NCBI GenBank assembly: GCA_964035575.1
Contig: OZ037836.1
Location: forward strand, 744,001 to 808,000
Source of the DNA: Rhynchopus sp. YZ270_cl-10
Taxonomy: Eukaryota
Reading direction: 5' to 3'
Length of the DNA stretch: 64,000 nt
Shown here: positions 51,028 through 62,314 of the stretch, one piece after another
Position numbering within the stretch: position 1 is the stretch's first letter
How the letters are laid out: the number at the start of each line of letters is the position of its first letter
Position numbers and translations under genes: made by a program
The notes under the pieces: model-generated
Databases searched by the model: none
What the model was told of the DNA's origin: nothing
The model's input: the letters and a program-made list of their open reading frames with translations, nothing else

Positions 51028-51524
51028 TTGTTTGTTGTGGTTTTGTGTTCTGATCTCTGTGTGTGGTGGTGGGGTGTGGAGGACAACAAGCCTGCAGTCC
51101 TTTTCAAGAACCTTACCAAACTAAACTGTGGGGCGCAGGCCCCTCTCCCCGAACCATACAGCCTCTACGCGAAGTTCTGGTCTGATCATTTGTCGCTTAA
51201 TGCTCCGGGTGCGAGCACCCTTCATAGCATGGGGAAGCCACGCACTAGCATTTATATACCCTGCCAGGGTGTAACTTTGCATAGGGAAGGGACAGGGACA
51301 TTGAGCACCCTGAGGACTAGGGGGGATGCAATCCAAGGTCCAGCCCAGGACCAATTGTCATAAAGGGGGGGTTGGGCGGGGAGGTTGTAGTGAATAAGAC
51401 ATGGGCTTTTTTTGTGGGGATTCTTTTGCAGCACAGAGTAACATAACACAATGTGTGGAAGGTCTTGCTCATCACAGCTCCCCCTCTCGGGGAGGTGCTG
51501 CCCTGCCACCAACACACCACGTCG

Positions 51525-52367
51525 TCATTGTGCGTGTCTCCGTCGCTTCTGGATTTGCTCGGGGGATTCGTCTCTGCTTCGTTTCGGACGTGCTTCAACC
51601 ACAAGATGGCTCAGATGCTCACTCTTCCTCACTTCGTTGGACACAACACTGCTGCAGCCGGAAAGGTAAATGCTCGTCAACGAAGTGCAGTTCGCAGCAA
51701 ATTGCGTAGTAGAAGTCAAAGGATTCAAATCAATAGACGTCACATTGCTGAGTGGTGATAAATCCAGGGTGGTTAAGCCGCTGCAACTCTTAAGGAAGCC
51801 CGAACCAACCCGCGTCACATTGCTGAGTGGTGATAAATCGATGCTGGTTAAGCTCGTGCAGCCCCAAAGAAAGACGCTATCGATGTGCGTCACATTGCTC
51901 AACCCAGAGAGATCGATACTTGTCAACGAGGTGCAGACTGCCAGGAACCTGTGTCCAATGTGAGTCACAATGGACTCAGCACTGAGATCAAGTCTCGTCA
52001 ACGAAGTGTGTGCCAAGAACCAATGCGGAATGACAGTCGCAACCTCCGCCTGCAGAAGCAAACACGCCACCTCAGGATCCTTCACACTCTTCAACTTCTC
52101 GGCTGTGATGTCGGTCTCACCCAACGCATGAAGCTCTGCAATGGCTTCGTACTTCTGCGTTTTCGTGAGGATGATTGTGTCACCAGCACTCAGCTGCGTC
52201 ATGTCCGCTCCTTCTCCCATCGCTTCGTCTCCGAAACTCATGCAAAAGCCGTCTTCAGGCAACCCCATTGCAGTCGCCACCTTCCGCCGCAAGTCCTCCA
52301 CTGTGTCATCTTCACCCACCTCGACTGTGCGCTGATTCGTGTCGAAACCCTTGATGTTCAGGTCCAT
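51525..52367 (-). CDS. Ubiquitin-like + LRR protein (280 aa) with basic C-terminal tail
   Basis: Start MDLNIKG at 52367 chosen by alignment to paralogs. Ends RPKRSRDESPEQIQKRRRHAQ. Confidence 0.85.
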   Translation of the reverse strand: MDLNIKGFDTNQRTVEVGEDDTVEDLRRKVATAMGLPEDGFCMSFGDEAMGEGADMTQLSAGDTIILTKTQKYEAIAELHALGETDITAEKLKSVKDPEVACLLLQAEVATVIPHWFLAHTSLTRLDLSAESIVTHIGHRFLAVCTSLTSIDLSGLSNVTHIDSVFLWGCTSLTSIDLSPLSNVTRVGSGFLKSCSGLTTLDLSPLSNVTSIDLNPLTSTTQFAANCTSLTSIYLSGCSSVVSNEVRKSEHLSHLVVEARPKRSRDESPEQIQKRRRHAQ

Positions 52368-53721
52368 GTCTTTGTTGTGGTTTTGTGTTCTGATCTCTGT
52401 GTGTGGTGGTGGGGTGTGGAGGACAACAAGCCTGCAGTCCTTTTCAATGAAGGGTTGAAGGGGAGGGGTTCTTTGAGTGGTCAGCAAAGTGTGAAGAAAT
52501 AAAGTGGCTTTGAATGGGTGAAGCAAGACAGGCAAGTTGCCGGCTGCGTGGAGATCACACACGACACGCCTATTCACGTCACGATGAGGCTGGCCGAACG
52601 GTTAGGTTGCGATGCCACAGTGATCAGGGTACCAGCCTTCTCTTGGGGTGATGGTGTGTACGTGCAGCCCCCTTCCACCATCTAGGATAGGATCTGTGTA
52701 TCTCAGCGGGTTGAGGCTCGAAACAGAAAACGCTGTCAGAAAAGACGGTTGCGAGGGGGATGATGTCGTCACACCATTTTGCTTGTTTGCAGGAAATGAA
52801 AGTCATAAGAGTGACAGAAGTGGCAGCAGTAATGTTGCGAAGGTGATTGGAAACAAAAGGAAACCCTGGTAAAAGGGAACAATTTGCTCAAACCTTTTTT
52901 TAAAGAAATGTACTGTTTGCTTTTTTGTTTTTCTTTAGAAAACCTGGTTGTGTAGACACCCGAGGATGAATCCACATTTTTTCTGTTGCTTTTGTGATTT
53001 GGATCCATGACCAAGCGACGTGCGGAACCTTGAGGCTATTCGACAGAACAATTCACAGTGGTCTTATCAGGAATCCTTTTTTGTGTTTTTTTTCAAAATA
53101 CAAGTAAAAGTAAAAACTGTTTTCGGCGGGTCTGCTCCCTGACAAGGAAAAGTGCCCTTCGACCGCTTTCATCACAAAAAGTAAAAAATGAACACGGTTG
53201 TAGAGTCATCGTTTTTCAGTACTCTTTGAAATTGAAACCACACTCCTACTTTCCCTTTTTACGTTTTCCCCACACAATGGTTCACAGCCTCAGCCAACAG
53301 TTTATATTACCCCAAAACGCACAGAAATGGATGTCCAAGGAAAAAACCCTTTGCTTGAAGTACAGAAATGAGGTGAGTGCACAATAAAGGGGGAGGAGAA
53401 TAAAATCGCAACGTATACACAATGTTGGTTCTAAAAATGTGGGGTAAAAAAATCACGAAACAGACCTTGCACCTTTTGCATGACAAATACAGCAAACACC
53501 TCTCGTAATTGTTCAAGATTGAATTGAGAGAAAGAAGAACCCCAAACCCTCCCAGACCAAACGGTCTAACATGTTGCATTGGTATAGTGTGGGGGTGAAG
53601 TGAGGTGCACGAGAATCGTCTTCGCGTGAACAAAAATATGCCTAACAAATGCACACAAGTGTCATCTCCCCGAAAAACAATAAAACGTTACATCATGTAC
53701 ATCTCGAAATGTGGACATGCC

Positions 53722-55029
53722 TCACATGCACACACATTTGCACTTGGTATCCTCCAGGAGTCTACCGCTATCGCCATGCACATATTCTGACACAACACTG
53801 CTCGATCCGGTGACGTTGATGCTGCTTGTGGGTATGTTGCATCCTTTTAGGAAGTTTGTCCCAATGTGCTGAACAGTAGTCAACCCAGATAAATCAAGTG
53901 TTTGCAATGTGCTGCAGTTGCGCAGGAAGTCGCTCCCTATTAGCCTTACATTGTTCCACCCAGAAATATCCAGTGTGGTCAATGAGGTGCAGTTGAAGAG
54001 AAAGTAGTAATTAACCTGCCTCACATTGTTCCACTCAGAGAAGTCAAGGCTTTGCAATGCGGTGCAGTCGGAGAGAAAATAGTGCCCAACCCGCGTCACA
54101 TTGTTCCAACCAGAAATATCCAGTGTGGCCAATGAAGTGCAGCTGGCGAGGAAGTACTTCCCCATTTCCGCCACATTGCTCCACCCAGAAATATCCAGTG
54201 TGGTTAATGATTTGCAGTTGTCGAGGAAGTAGTCCCCTATTTTCGCCACATTGTTCCACCCAGGCAAGTCAAGGGTTCGCAATGCGGTGCAGGCGCAGAG
54301 GAAGCAGTCCCCTATTTGCGTCACATTGTTCCACCCAGAAATATCCAGTGTGGTTAATGAAGTGCAGTTGGAGACAAAATGCTTATCAACACGCGTCATA
54401 TTCGTCCACCCAGACAAGTCAAGGGTTTGCAATGCTGTGAATTCGGAGAGAAAATAGTCCCCTATTTGCGTCACATTGCTCCACCCAGAAACATCCAGTG
54501 TGGTCAATGAGGTGCAGTTGGCGAGGAAGTACTGCTGAAGGAGTGTCACATTGCTCCACCCAGATAAATCAGCAGTGTGCAATGAGGTGCAGCTTTCGGC
54601 GAAACTGCTTCCTACGCGAGTCAGACCTGGCACACCACTGAGATCAAGCTCTTCGAACTTGCCACGTGACAAGAAGTAACAGGGGATCTCAGTAACAACC
54701 TCCGCCTGCAGAAACAAATGAATCAGCTTGGGCTCTGCAAGAATTCTGAACCTCTCTGACGTCAGCCTTGTCTCACCCAAGTCACGAAGAGCTGCAATGG
54801 CGTCGTCCTTCTGCGACTTCGTCTTCTTCAGCACAACTGTGTCCCCAGCACTCAGCTGCGTGATGTAGTCTCCTTCGGCCAGCAGCTTCCCTCCGAAGCT
54901 CATGTCAAAGCCGTCTTCGCGCAACTCTGCTGCAGACGCCACCTTCTGCCGTATGTCCGCAGTTGTATCATCCACACCCACATCGACTGTGTACTTCTCT
55001 CCGTCAAAGCTCTCCACACATATTTCCAT
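53722..55029 (-). CDS. Ubiquitin-like + LRR protein (435 aa) with C-terminal CaaX motif
   Basis: Same architecture with about 11 LRRs of 25 aa (CTSLTTLDISGWSNV..IG.YFL). Ends KCKCVCM*. Confidence 0.87.
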   Translation of the reverse strand: MEICVESFDGEKYTVDVGVDDTTADIRQKVASAAELREDGFDMSFGGKLLAEGDYITQLSAGDTVVLKKTKSQKDDAIAALRDLGETRLTSERFRILAEPKLIHLFLQAEVVTEIPCYFLSRGKFEELDLSGVPGLTRVGSSFAESCTSLHTADLSGWSNVTLLQQYFLANCTSLTTLDVSGWSNVTQIGDYFLSEFTALQTLDLSGWTNMTRVDKHFVSNCTSLTTLDISGWNNVTQIGDCFLCACTALRTLDLPGWNNVAKIGDYFLDNCKSLTTLDISGWSNVAEMGKYFLASCTSLATLDISGWNNVTRVGHYFLSDCTALQSLDFSEWNNVRQVNYYFLFNCTSLTTLDISGWNNVRLIGSDFLRNCSTLQTLDLSGLTTVQHIGTNFLKGCNIPTSSINVTGSSSVVSEYVHGDSGRLLEDTKCKCVCM

Positions 55030-57303
55030 GGTTTCGTGTCTCTCTGTTTTGTTTCAGGTGTTTTCAATTGGGGGTAAGAGTACGCAAGAGACAGCAAACA
55101 GTTACAAGGGGAGGGAGGTCTTTTGTTTTGTTTATGAAAGCTTCGTTGTATTAGTGTGGACACCCGAGGATGTGCAAAGTGGTGCACTTAGCCACCATCC
55201 TTTTGTTCACTTGCCCTGCTGAGGCAGAGTGGCTGTTCTTCAGTTTTTTTTGTACTCAGGTAGCTACGTAGCCTTCAGGGAGGCAATCGTGTGCTAATAC
55301 AGAAAATATCAGTCAAGGCTGTCCTTACAGACGCATACCAAAGCGGCCGCCACATGGGTGTGGACTTTAGATTGAAGTTTCATCATTGTACTAGCCCAGG
55401 GAGGGTTCCCGGCTACCGGCGAGGTCTCTTCCAATCCGTTCCCTAGTTTCCTAGGGGGGGCCTCCTTGGCTTCACTGGCTAGGGCTCTGCAGGTCCCTCC
55501 ACACATGTTGTGTGCCTGCCTTCAGCACCCAGGGTAGCATACCCAGCACCTTTTACCCTCAGGGCAGACCTTCATAGAGTTTCAGGAGGAGTGCCACAAA
55601 AGGGCCCCCGGTAAAAAACGGCATTTTTGCCCAATTTCACCCCAATTACAGCCCACCGGACATCCGGAAAAAACGATACATTTTTTGTCAATTTTTGTGT
55701 GTTTTGGTAGCCCCTCACTACCTCGAATCCATTTTGGCCTGAAACAAAGACCCCAAATCACCCAAATAGAAATAACCACAAAACCAGGGCTTCCCACAGG
55801 GGGGACCCTAGGTTGTTATATACGGTCCCGGACCCGACCGAATACCGTATAATTCGTATTATACGATTACCGTATTATACGGAATTATACGGTATTATAC
55901 GGTGGTATACGGTGCTCCTGGTACGAGGAGTTGGGACCAGCAGTCCGTTTCCCCCCCACTTTTTTTTGAGTTCTTTTGCGTTATTTTTACCAAAAATAAA
56001 AAAATCTGATCGTGATTGCCAAAAAAAATAAGTTAAAGGAGGTACCCTAAATTGGTCAAAAATGGTAAAAATGGTAAAAATGGTAAAAATGGTAGGAATT
56101 TTGGGGGCTTTTTTCGGGGAAAAAAAGGGTGAGGGGAGTTGGGTCCAGTCATAGGGGGTATAGCATATTTTTTGGAAAATTCTTCAAAAAATCAAGGATT
56201 TTTGCTGGGCACAATGAAAATTTTCAGAAAAATCCCAATTTTCGGCCAAATTTGGAGCAAATTATGGCCCACCCACCCCGATTTTGGGTCAAAAACCGAC
56301 TTCATTTGCACAGGAGTGCCTACGATTTCGTAAACCAGAGGTCCTCTGGATGCATGCATTGATAAACACAACACTGGAAATTGCAAGGAACGGGTCTGAT
56401 GTGCGTGTTCTCTAGCCACCACAGTCACAGGGTATGCACAAAATGACCGAAGTGCAATGGCGTGAACGAAGTGCAATGGCGATAATGGAAAGATAGATGC
56501 CGGCATTGGTGAATTGCTGGAGTTCTGCACAGGAAGCTAGCATGACGTAGAATCACTGTGTGAACAAAATGACCGTATTTGGTTGAAAATTTGACTTGAA
56601 AAATTTTTTCATAATTTGCCCAATCGAAGGTTTTCCTTGGATTTTTTGGGCCATTTTATGACGTACCACGCCCGATTTTGGGCGAAAAAAAATATTTTTT
56701 TTGGGTCAAAAATCGCGTTTTTTTTGCATTTTTTGGTGCCCAAAGACCCACCTCAGTGGTCGAAATTTTCCCGAAAAAAAAATTTTTTTTTTTGATTTTA
56801 TTTTTCCTTCCTTCAAAACTTCACACACAACGCTTTTTGGTTTTTGGAAGACACACAAGGTGCCGGGTTCTATGATAAGCACGGAACCACCCTGCACCTG
56901 TTTGTCATATATATTGTTTCCCGTGCAATACATGGGGAAACGTTTCGCGTCGAAACTAGGGAAACAATGACAACACAGGTAACAGGGGTTTTTAAATTTG
57001 AGACGTTTGCATAAACTACTGATATATGACCAAAGACAAGAGAAACGTAAGAAGAGCAGCACGCCGGTTGGCTGTGTACTGACAGAGCTAAAAGAGGCAT
57101 GTATTCATGCTCCCAAGGGAGGTATCAGAGAAACGTCATAAGAAACACCACATCGAGGTGGCAAAAATATCGTAAGACAAAGACACATGACCGCATTCAG
57201 TGCCGACCACAAGATCACTTCCCAGGACGGGCCAGATCAACATTAAATCTTACGTCAAGCACTACAGGTACAAAATCATGTGTCTACAGGCAGCAGAAGA
57301 GAT

Positions 57304-58797
57304 ACCCATGCGAGAAGCCACAAGAACTCTAACCCTGGAATCACCCGGGATCATCAAGAACTCAGCTCAAGCAGGGATACCCAGTATACACTCATCCGCA
57401 TGCATGTAACAGGAAAGTAGGACAGAGCAAATAGACACAAAAAACATCCGAGCGTAAATACACAGTAATGCAGGCGACCACAGAGCTCTACCCCTGGAGA
57501 GACAAGCCCATATGGAGCTCAGTCTCCTATCACCCGGGATCAACAAGCCTACAAGTGGCATCGAGAACTCTAGCCCTGGAAAGACGAGCCCATACGGCAC
57601 TCCGTCTCTTTATCACCCGGGATCAACAAGATCTCTACGCAAGCAGAACCAACCCATGCGAGAAGCCACAAGAACTCTACCCCTGGAATCACCCGGGATC
57701 CTCAAGAACTCTGCTCAAGCAGGGTTACCCAGTATACACTCATCCGCATTCATGTAACAGGAAAGAAAAGAGATAAGCAAGTAGACACAAAACACATCCG
57801 AGCGTAAATACACAGTAATGCAGGCGACCACAGAGCTCTACCCCTGGAGAGACAAGCCCATATGGAGCTCAGTCTCCTATCACCCGGGATCAACAAGCCT
57901 ACAAGTGGCATCGAGAACTCTAGCCCTGGAAAGACGAGCCCATACGGCACTCCGTCTCTTTATCACCCGGGATCAACAAGATCTCTACGCAAGCAGAACC
58001 AACCCATGCGAGAAGCCACAAGAACTCTACCCCTGGAATCACCCGGGATCCTCAAGAACTCTGCTCAAGCAGGGTTACCCAGTATACACTCATCCGCATT
58101 CATGTAACAGGAAAGTAAGACAGAGCAAATGGACACAAGAAACATCCGAGCATAAATACACAGTAATGCAGGCGACCACAGAGCTCTACCCCTGGAGAGA
58201 CAAGCCCATATGGAGCTCAGTCTCCTATCACCCGGGATCAACAAGCCTACAAGTGGCATCGAGAACTCTAGCCCTGGAAAGACGAGCCCATACGGCACTC
58301 AGTCTCTTTATCACCCGGGATCAACAAGATCTCTACGCAAGCAGAACCAACCCATGCGAGAAGCCACAAGAACTCTAGCCCTGGAATCACCCGGGATCCT
58401 CAAGAACTCTGCTCAGGCAGGGTTACCCAGTATACACTCGTCCGAATACATGTACCAGGAAAGAAAAGAGATACGCGAATAGACACAAAAAACATCCGAG
58501 CATAAATACACAGTAATGCAGGCGACCACAGAGCTCTACCCCTGGAGAGACAAGCCCATATGGAGCTCAGTCTCCTATCACCCGGGATCAACAAGCCTAC
58601 AAGTGGCATCGAGAACTCTAGCCCTGGAAAGACGAGCCCCTACGGCACTCCGTCTCTTTATCACCCGGGATCAACAAGATCTCTACGCAAGCAGAACCAA
58701 CCCATGCGAGAAGCCACAAGAACTCTAACCCTGGAATCACCCGGGATCATCAAGAACTCAGCTCAAGCAGGGTTAACCAGTATTAGCTCATCCGCTT
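57304..58797. repeat. 348/350-bp tandem array (~4.3 units) inside the retroelement between A2 and B2
   Basis: ACCCATGCGAGAAGCCACAAG recurs at 57304, 57652, 58002, 58350 and 58700. Each unit has internal CCCTGGA and TCACCCGGGATC sub-repeats. Confidence 0.95.
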
Positions 58798-59582
58798 TCG
58801 TGCAACAGGAAGAAACAAAACAGTGTGCCAGTAGCAACAGAGAGAAACACCATGTAAAACATGCACGCAAGGGAAAACAGACAATGCGCGAGCAGCACAG
58901 AGAAAGAGCTAAACAAGCAATCAAGCCAATAAGGCACAACTTTATGAAGAAAAAGCAGGGAGTGGAGGGAGGGAAAGCTTTTTGATAAAAGTTAATGAAA
59001 CACAAAAACCAAGCGCGTGTGGAAGAAAAAAGAAAAGAAAATATTTTTTCTGATTCAAAGTGGTGTTTACGTTTTGGGTACGGGGCGGAGAATAAAATCT
59101 GTTCGATAAAAGAAACGCAAGCTTTTTTGTTTTATCTTGTTCATTTTATTTTTCCTTCCTTCAAAACTTCACACACAACGCTTTTTGGTTTTTGGAAGAC
59201 ACACAAGGTGCCGGGTTCTATGATAAGCACGGAACCACCCTGCACCTGTTTGTCATATATATTGTTTCCCGTGCAATACATGGGGAAACGTTTCGCGTCG
59301 AAACTAGGGACATAAACAACTACCCCCCCCTCATTTTCACCCATCTCCGTAGCCCCAGTGACCACAGGCGGGACACCAGCATAGGCAAGGGATGGACGAT
59401 ACGCGCGACAGACGCAAAAAGAAGAAAACAACAACAACAACAAGAAAAAACACCCGAGAGATGAGAGACCGCCAGGGCTATCTCACCTGCCACAGAGTGC
59501 CGTCAATAAAATCAAAAAACACAAGTAAAAGCAATAAAAACGCAGACATCACAACATCAAAAACTCACACGCAAGCACCGGC

Positions 59583-62309
59583 TCATCGCGTGTCCAGGTC
59601 CGCCACCATCAGCTTCGTCCCGACCAGGTGCGTGGTGAACCTTCTCCGAAGACTTATGCCTGACATCAGTCTTGCCATCAGCTGGTCCTCCTGAGGGTGG
59701 GGCGACGAACCTTTGCGGTGGCGTGACTCCGCAGTGGAATTGTCATGAAAACAATCCAATCCATACCCTCGCGGGGCAACAGAGTCAGCCACAGCCATGG
59801 CGATGAGGGCGGTCACCAGCTCCCTCCTGCGAATAGGCGTGGGTGGGCGGCACGTCAGCAGGAGAGCATCCCACGTCCAGTCCACACGTGCCTTCACCTT
59901 CCGTGCCACAGGGTCCAGCAAGACAACAGACGCACCCACGTCGCTGGCATCAGACCATATGTGCCACGCAGGCGCATCTGCCAGAACACGCCGGGGACGA
60001 CACGCCGCCAGCCACTTCTCAGCACGGCGAAACTCCGCTAGCAAGGAGCCCGTCAAGGTAACCGACCTGTCCCACTCTTTCGCCGTAGTGCAGTGGCGGC
60101 TTAGCTGCCGAGAGAGGCGGCACATCAGGGTGAACCCAGCGATCGGCGTGCGCATGACCAAGTGCGCCCATCTGTAGCACCCAATGTGGTGGGCCACCGC
60201 TCTGCAGGTGAGAGTCCGGGGCGTAGGCGACGCCAGCAGCTTACTCCTCCAGTCCTCGTCCAGCGCCAACGTCTTCGCCGACATGTCCAGCTGGACACCA
60301 ATGAACACCGCGCAGTGTGTGGGGTCCACCCGCTTCTCCTCCCTCACCACGCAGTTCGCGTCACGCAACGTCGCATCGAAAGCCTGTCGTCGCTGCTCCA
60401 CCTCCGCCAGTGTCTGACCTGCAATGCAGACATCGTCATATATCGCAAGGGACACTGAACGGAGGTTAGCTCGCTGTAGCATCCCCAGTGTGGCCAGCTG
60501 CGCGACAGAGGGAGCCCTGCTGATCCCCGGGACCGCCACCCGGAAGCAGAAATACCCTTCTGTGGTCCTGATCCCCAGCTTGGTCTGCAGATCGGGGCCG
60601 ACAGGGATCTGGAAAAAATATCCCAGAAAGTCGACACAGCAGAAGAAGTTGTGCTGGAGCACGAAACGCTCGAGGTCGGAGAGTTGTGGGGTGAGCGGAG
60701 GGAGCACTGGCTTTGACCTCTTGTCAAACTCCCTCCCATCGACCAGAAGGCGCGCCAGGCCGTTCTTCTTGCCAATCTTGAAGGTGGGGAGGGTGATGTG
60801 CGGCCTGCCCACAGCTACGCGCAGGATGCCCTTCTTCACCAAGCTGGCGAGGTCCGCACAGGTGAGCGAGGAGGAGGTCTGGCACTGTTTGCGGGTGGTC
60901 GTATGCAGCATGGGCTCGTTCACATAGTCCCTCAGGAGCGTACGTTCCCACTCGTTCAGCCCTTCCTCCACTACAGATAGGTTCAGGCGGCTGTCCGGGA
61001 GCACATCCAATGCCGCATCGCAACCCTTCGACGGACCACGGGCCACACCAACCGCATACACCGAGGCCGCACATTCCCCAATCATGCGCTCGTGCCTGCG
61101 GAGCGAGTCAGCCACATCGGAGCCCGAGCTCAGGTGCAGGAGGTGGCCTTCCGGATCTTCCACAAAACAAGTCTCACTGTCCTCCGACAGGTCGCAGCCC
61201 TGCCACGCCGCATCGATCTCCTGCGCCAGCACACGCACATGTGTCGCCACCACTGCCACAATGTCGTAGTCCCACTCAAGCAGAGGGTGGGACGTCTCCA
61301 ATGATCGCGCATACTCCGGACACCAGTCGGACACACGGTTCCGTTCCGTCAGTCGGAGCGCCCCGACGCTCTCCAGCTCTGGGGTATCGGGCGGTGCAGC
61401 ATCGCCGATGTGCGCTCCAGGGACAGGAAGTCGGGAGTGATGCACCCCCAGAGGTATCGGCGGAGCGTGTCGACCTCCTTGTGGCGTGCCACCACCAGCA
61501 TATCCCCCCACGTGGCCCCCATCATCGCCAAGTGCTGCAAGGCCCCTCTCTTCCAGGAGTGGTCGCGATATTCGGGGAAGTGCAGAGAGGTCTCCCGTCC
61601 CAGGTTGCGGATGTCTGACACACTGAACGCCATCCCGCGTAGCTTCCACCGGCGGATGGCAGGGAACATATGCTCGGGGAGGGTGTATAGCAGCTCGGCT
61701 GGGTCCCCTCGTAGCCTGGCCTCCTTCACCGTCCACCACCTTATCGCAATGGTGCCCGTGCCCACCCTGCCTGCTTCTGGGAGCACGACGTCTGATGGGA
61801 GTATAGCACGCAGGTCTGCCATGCGCAGCGCACCCGTCCACGCCAACGCCACGGCCGCACACAGAACACTGTTTCCCTCTCGCCAGAGACGCTTCCAAGT
61901 CTGCTGCATGCAGGTGTAGGGCAGGGGTGGCGCGTGAGTGGGGGTTTCCCGTCGTTCCAGGCGAGTGCGCACCAGCCCCTTGCGGGTCTCCCTCAGCACA
62001 CTGTCCGGCACTTCCAGCACCCGAGCCAGCACGTTCACGTACCGCTCCAGCGCCGACGTCGTCATCGCCAGGGAGAAGGGTCGCCCACGTTGCCCCGGCG
62101 CTCGCACCAGCAGCCTCTCCTTCTCCTCCGCGCTCATCCGATCCGACAACATTGCGGCGGCGAACGCCCGTAGGCGCAAAGGGTGCGGCATCTGCCCGAG
62201 TCCGCAGGCGCGCGTGTACATTTCGTACTTCCGCACGATGCTGCGCGTCTGCGCCTTCGTCGCGGCACACGTCGCTCGCGCCTCCAGCCCCGCCACCGAG
62301 TCCTCCCAT
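59583..62309 (-). CDS. Reverse transcriptase / RNase H of YR retrotransposon
   Basis: RT motifs VDFLGYFFQIPV, FRVAVPGISRAP, AIYDDV and FIGVQLD. RNase H motifs WSDASDVG, RRELV, HDNSTA and VADL. First ATG at 62309. Confidence 0.9.
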   Translation of the reverse strand: MGGLGGGAGGASDVCRDEGADAQHRAEVRNVHARLRTRADAAPFAPTGVRRRNVVGSDERGGEGEAAGASAGATWATLLPGDDDVGAGAVRERAGSGAGSAGQCAEGDPQGAGAHSPGTTGNPHSRATPALHLHAADLEASLARGKQCSVCGRGVGVDGCAAHGRPACYTPIRRRAPRSRQGGHGHHCDKVVDGEGGQATRGPSRAAIHPPRAYVPCHPPVEATRDGVQCVRHPQPGTGDLSALPRISRPLLEERGLAALGDDGGHVGGYAGGGTPQGGRHAPPIPLGVHHSRLPVPGAHIGDAAPPDTPELESVGALRLTERNRVSDWCPEYARSLETSHPLLEWDYDIVAVVATHVRVLAQEIDAAWQGCDLSEDSETCFVEDPEGHLLHLSSGSDVADSLRRHERMIGECAASVYAVGVARGPSKGCDAALDVLPDSRLNLSVVEEGLNEWERTLLRDYVNEPMLHTTTRKQCQTSSSLTCADLASLVKKGILRVAVGRPHITLPTFKIGKKNGLARLLVDGREFDKRSKPVLPPLTPQLSDLERFVLQHNFFCCVDFLGYFFQIPVGPDLQTKLGIRTTEGYFCFRVAVPGISRAPSVAQLATLGMLQRANLRSVSLAIYDDVCIAGQTLAEVEQRRQAFDATLRDANCVVREEKRVDPTHCAVFIGVQLDMSAKTLALDEDWRSKLLASPTPRTLTCRAVAHHIGCYRWAHLVMRTPIAGFTLMCRLSRQLSRHCTTAKEWDRSVTLTGSLLAEFRRAEKWLAACRPRRVLADAPAWHIWSDASDVGASVVLLDPVARKVKARVDWTWDALLLTCRPPTPIRRRELVTALIAMAVADSVAPRGYGLDCFHDNSTAESRHRKGSSPHPQEDQLMARLMSGISLRRRFTTHLVGTKLMVADLDTR

Positions 62310-62314
62310 CGTGG
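61349..62314 (-). CDS. Tyrosine recombinase of the retrotransposon
   Basis: Catalytic pattern GALRMADL (R), TVKE (K), HSWKRG (H..R), ARHK (H) and LRRYL (Y). The frame is open from directly after the gag stop, so the start is uncertain. Confidence 0.88.
   Translation of the reverse strand, partial: PRWEDSVAGLEARATCAATKAQTRSIVRKYEMYTRACGLGQMPHPLRLRAFAAAMLSDRMSAEEKERLLVRAPGQRGRPFSLAMTTSALERYVNVLARVLEVPDSVLRETRKGLVRTRLERRETPTHAPPLPYTCMQQTWKRLWREGNSVLCAAVALAWTGALRMADLRAILPSDVVLPEAGRVGTGTIAIRWWTVKEARLRGDPAELLYTLPEHMFPAIRRWKLRGMAFSVSDIRNLGRETSLHFPEYRDHSWKRGALQHLAMMGATWGDMLVVARHKEVDTLRRYLWGCITPDFLSLERTSAMLHRPIPQSWRASGRSD

Noticed and set aside
52368..52577. 70-aa N-terminal extension of the second Ubl-LRR
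   Set aside because: Paralogs start at the equivalent of 52367, and a splice-acceptor-like motif lies in between.
57304..58797. Hammerhead ribozyme or coding role for the ~349-bp repeats
   Set aside because: No CUGANGA/GAAA core found by eye on either strand, and the 350-bp units shift the frame.
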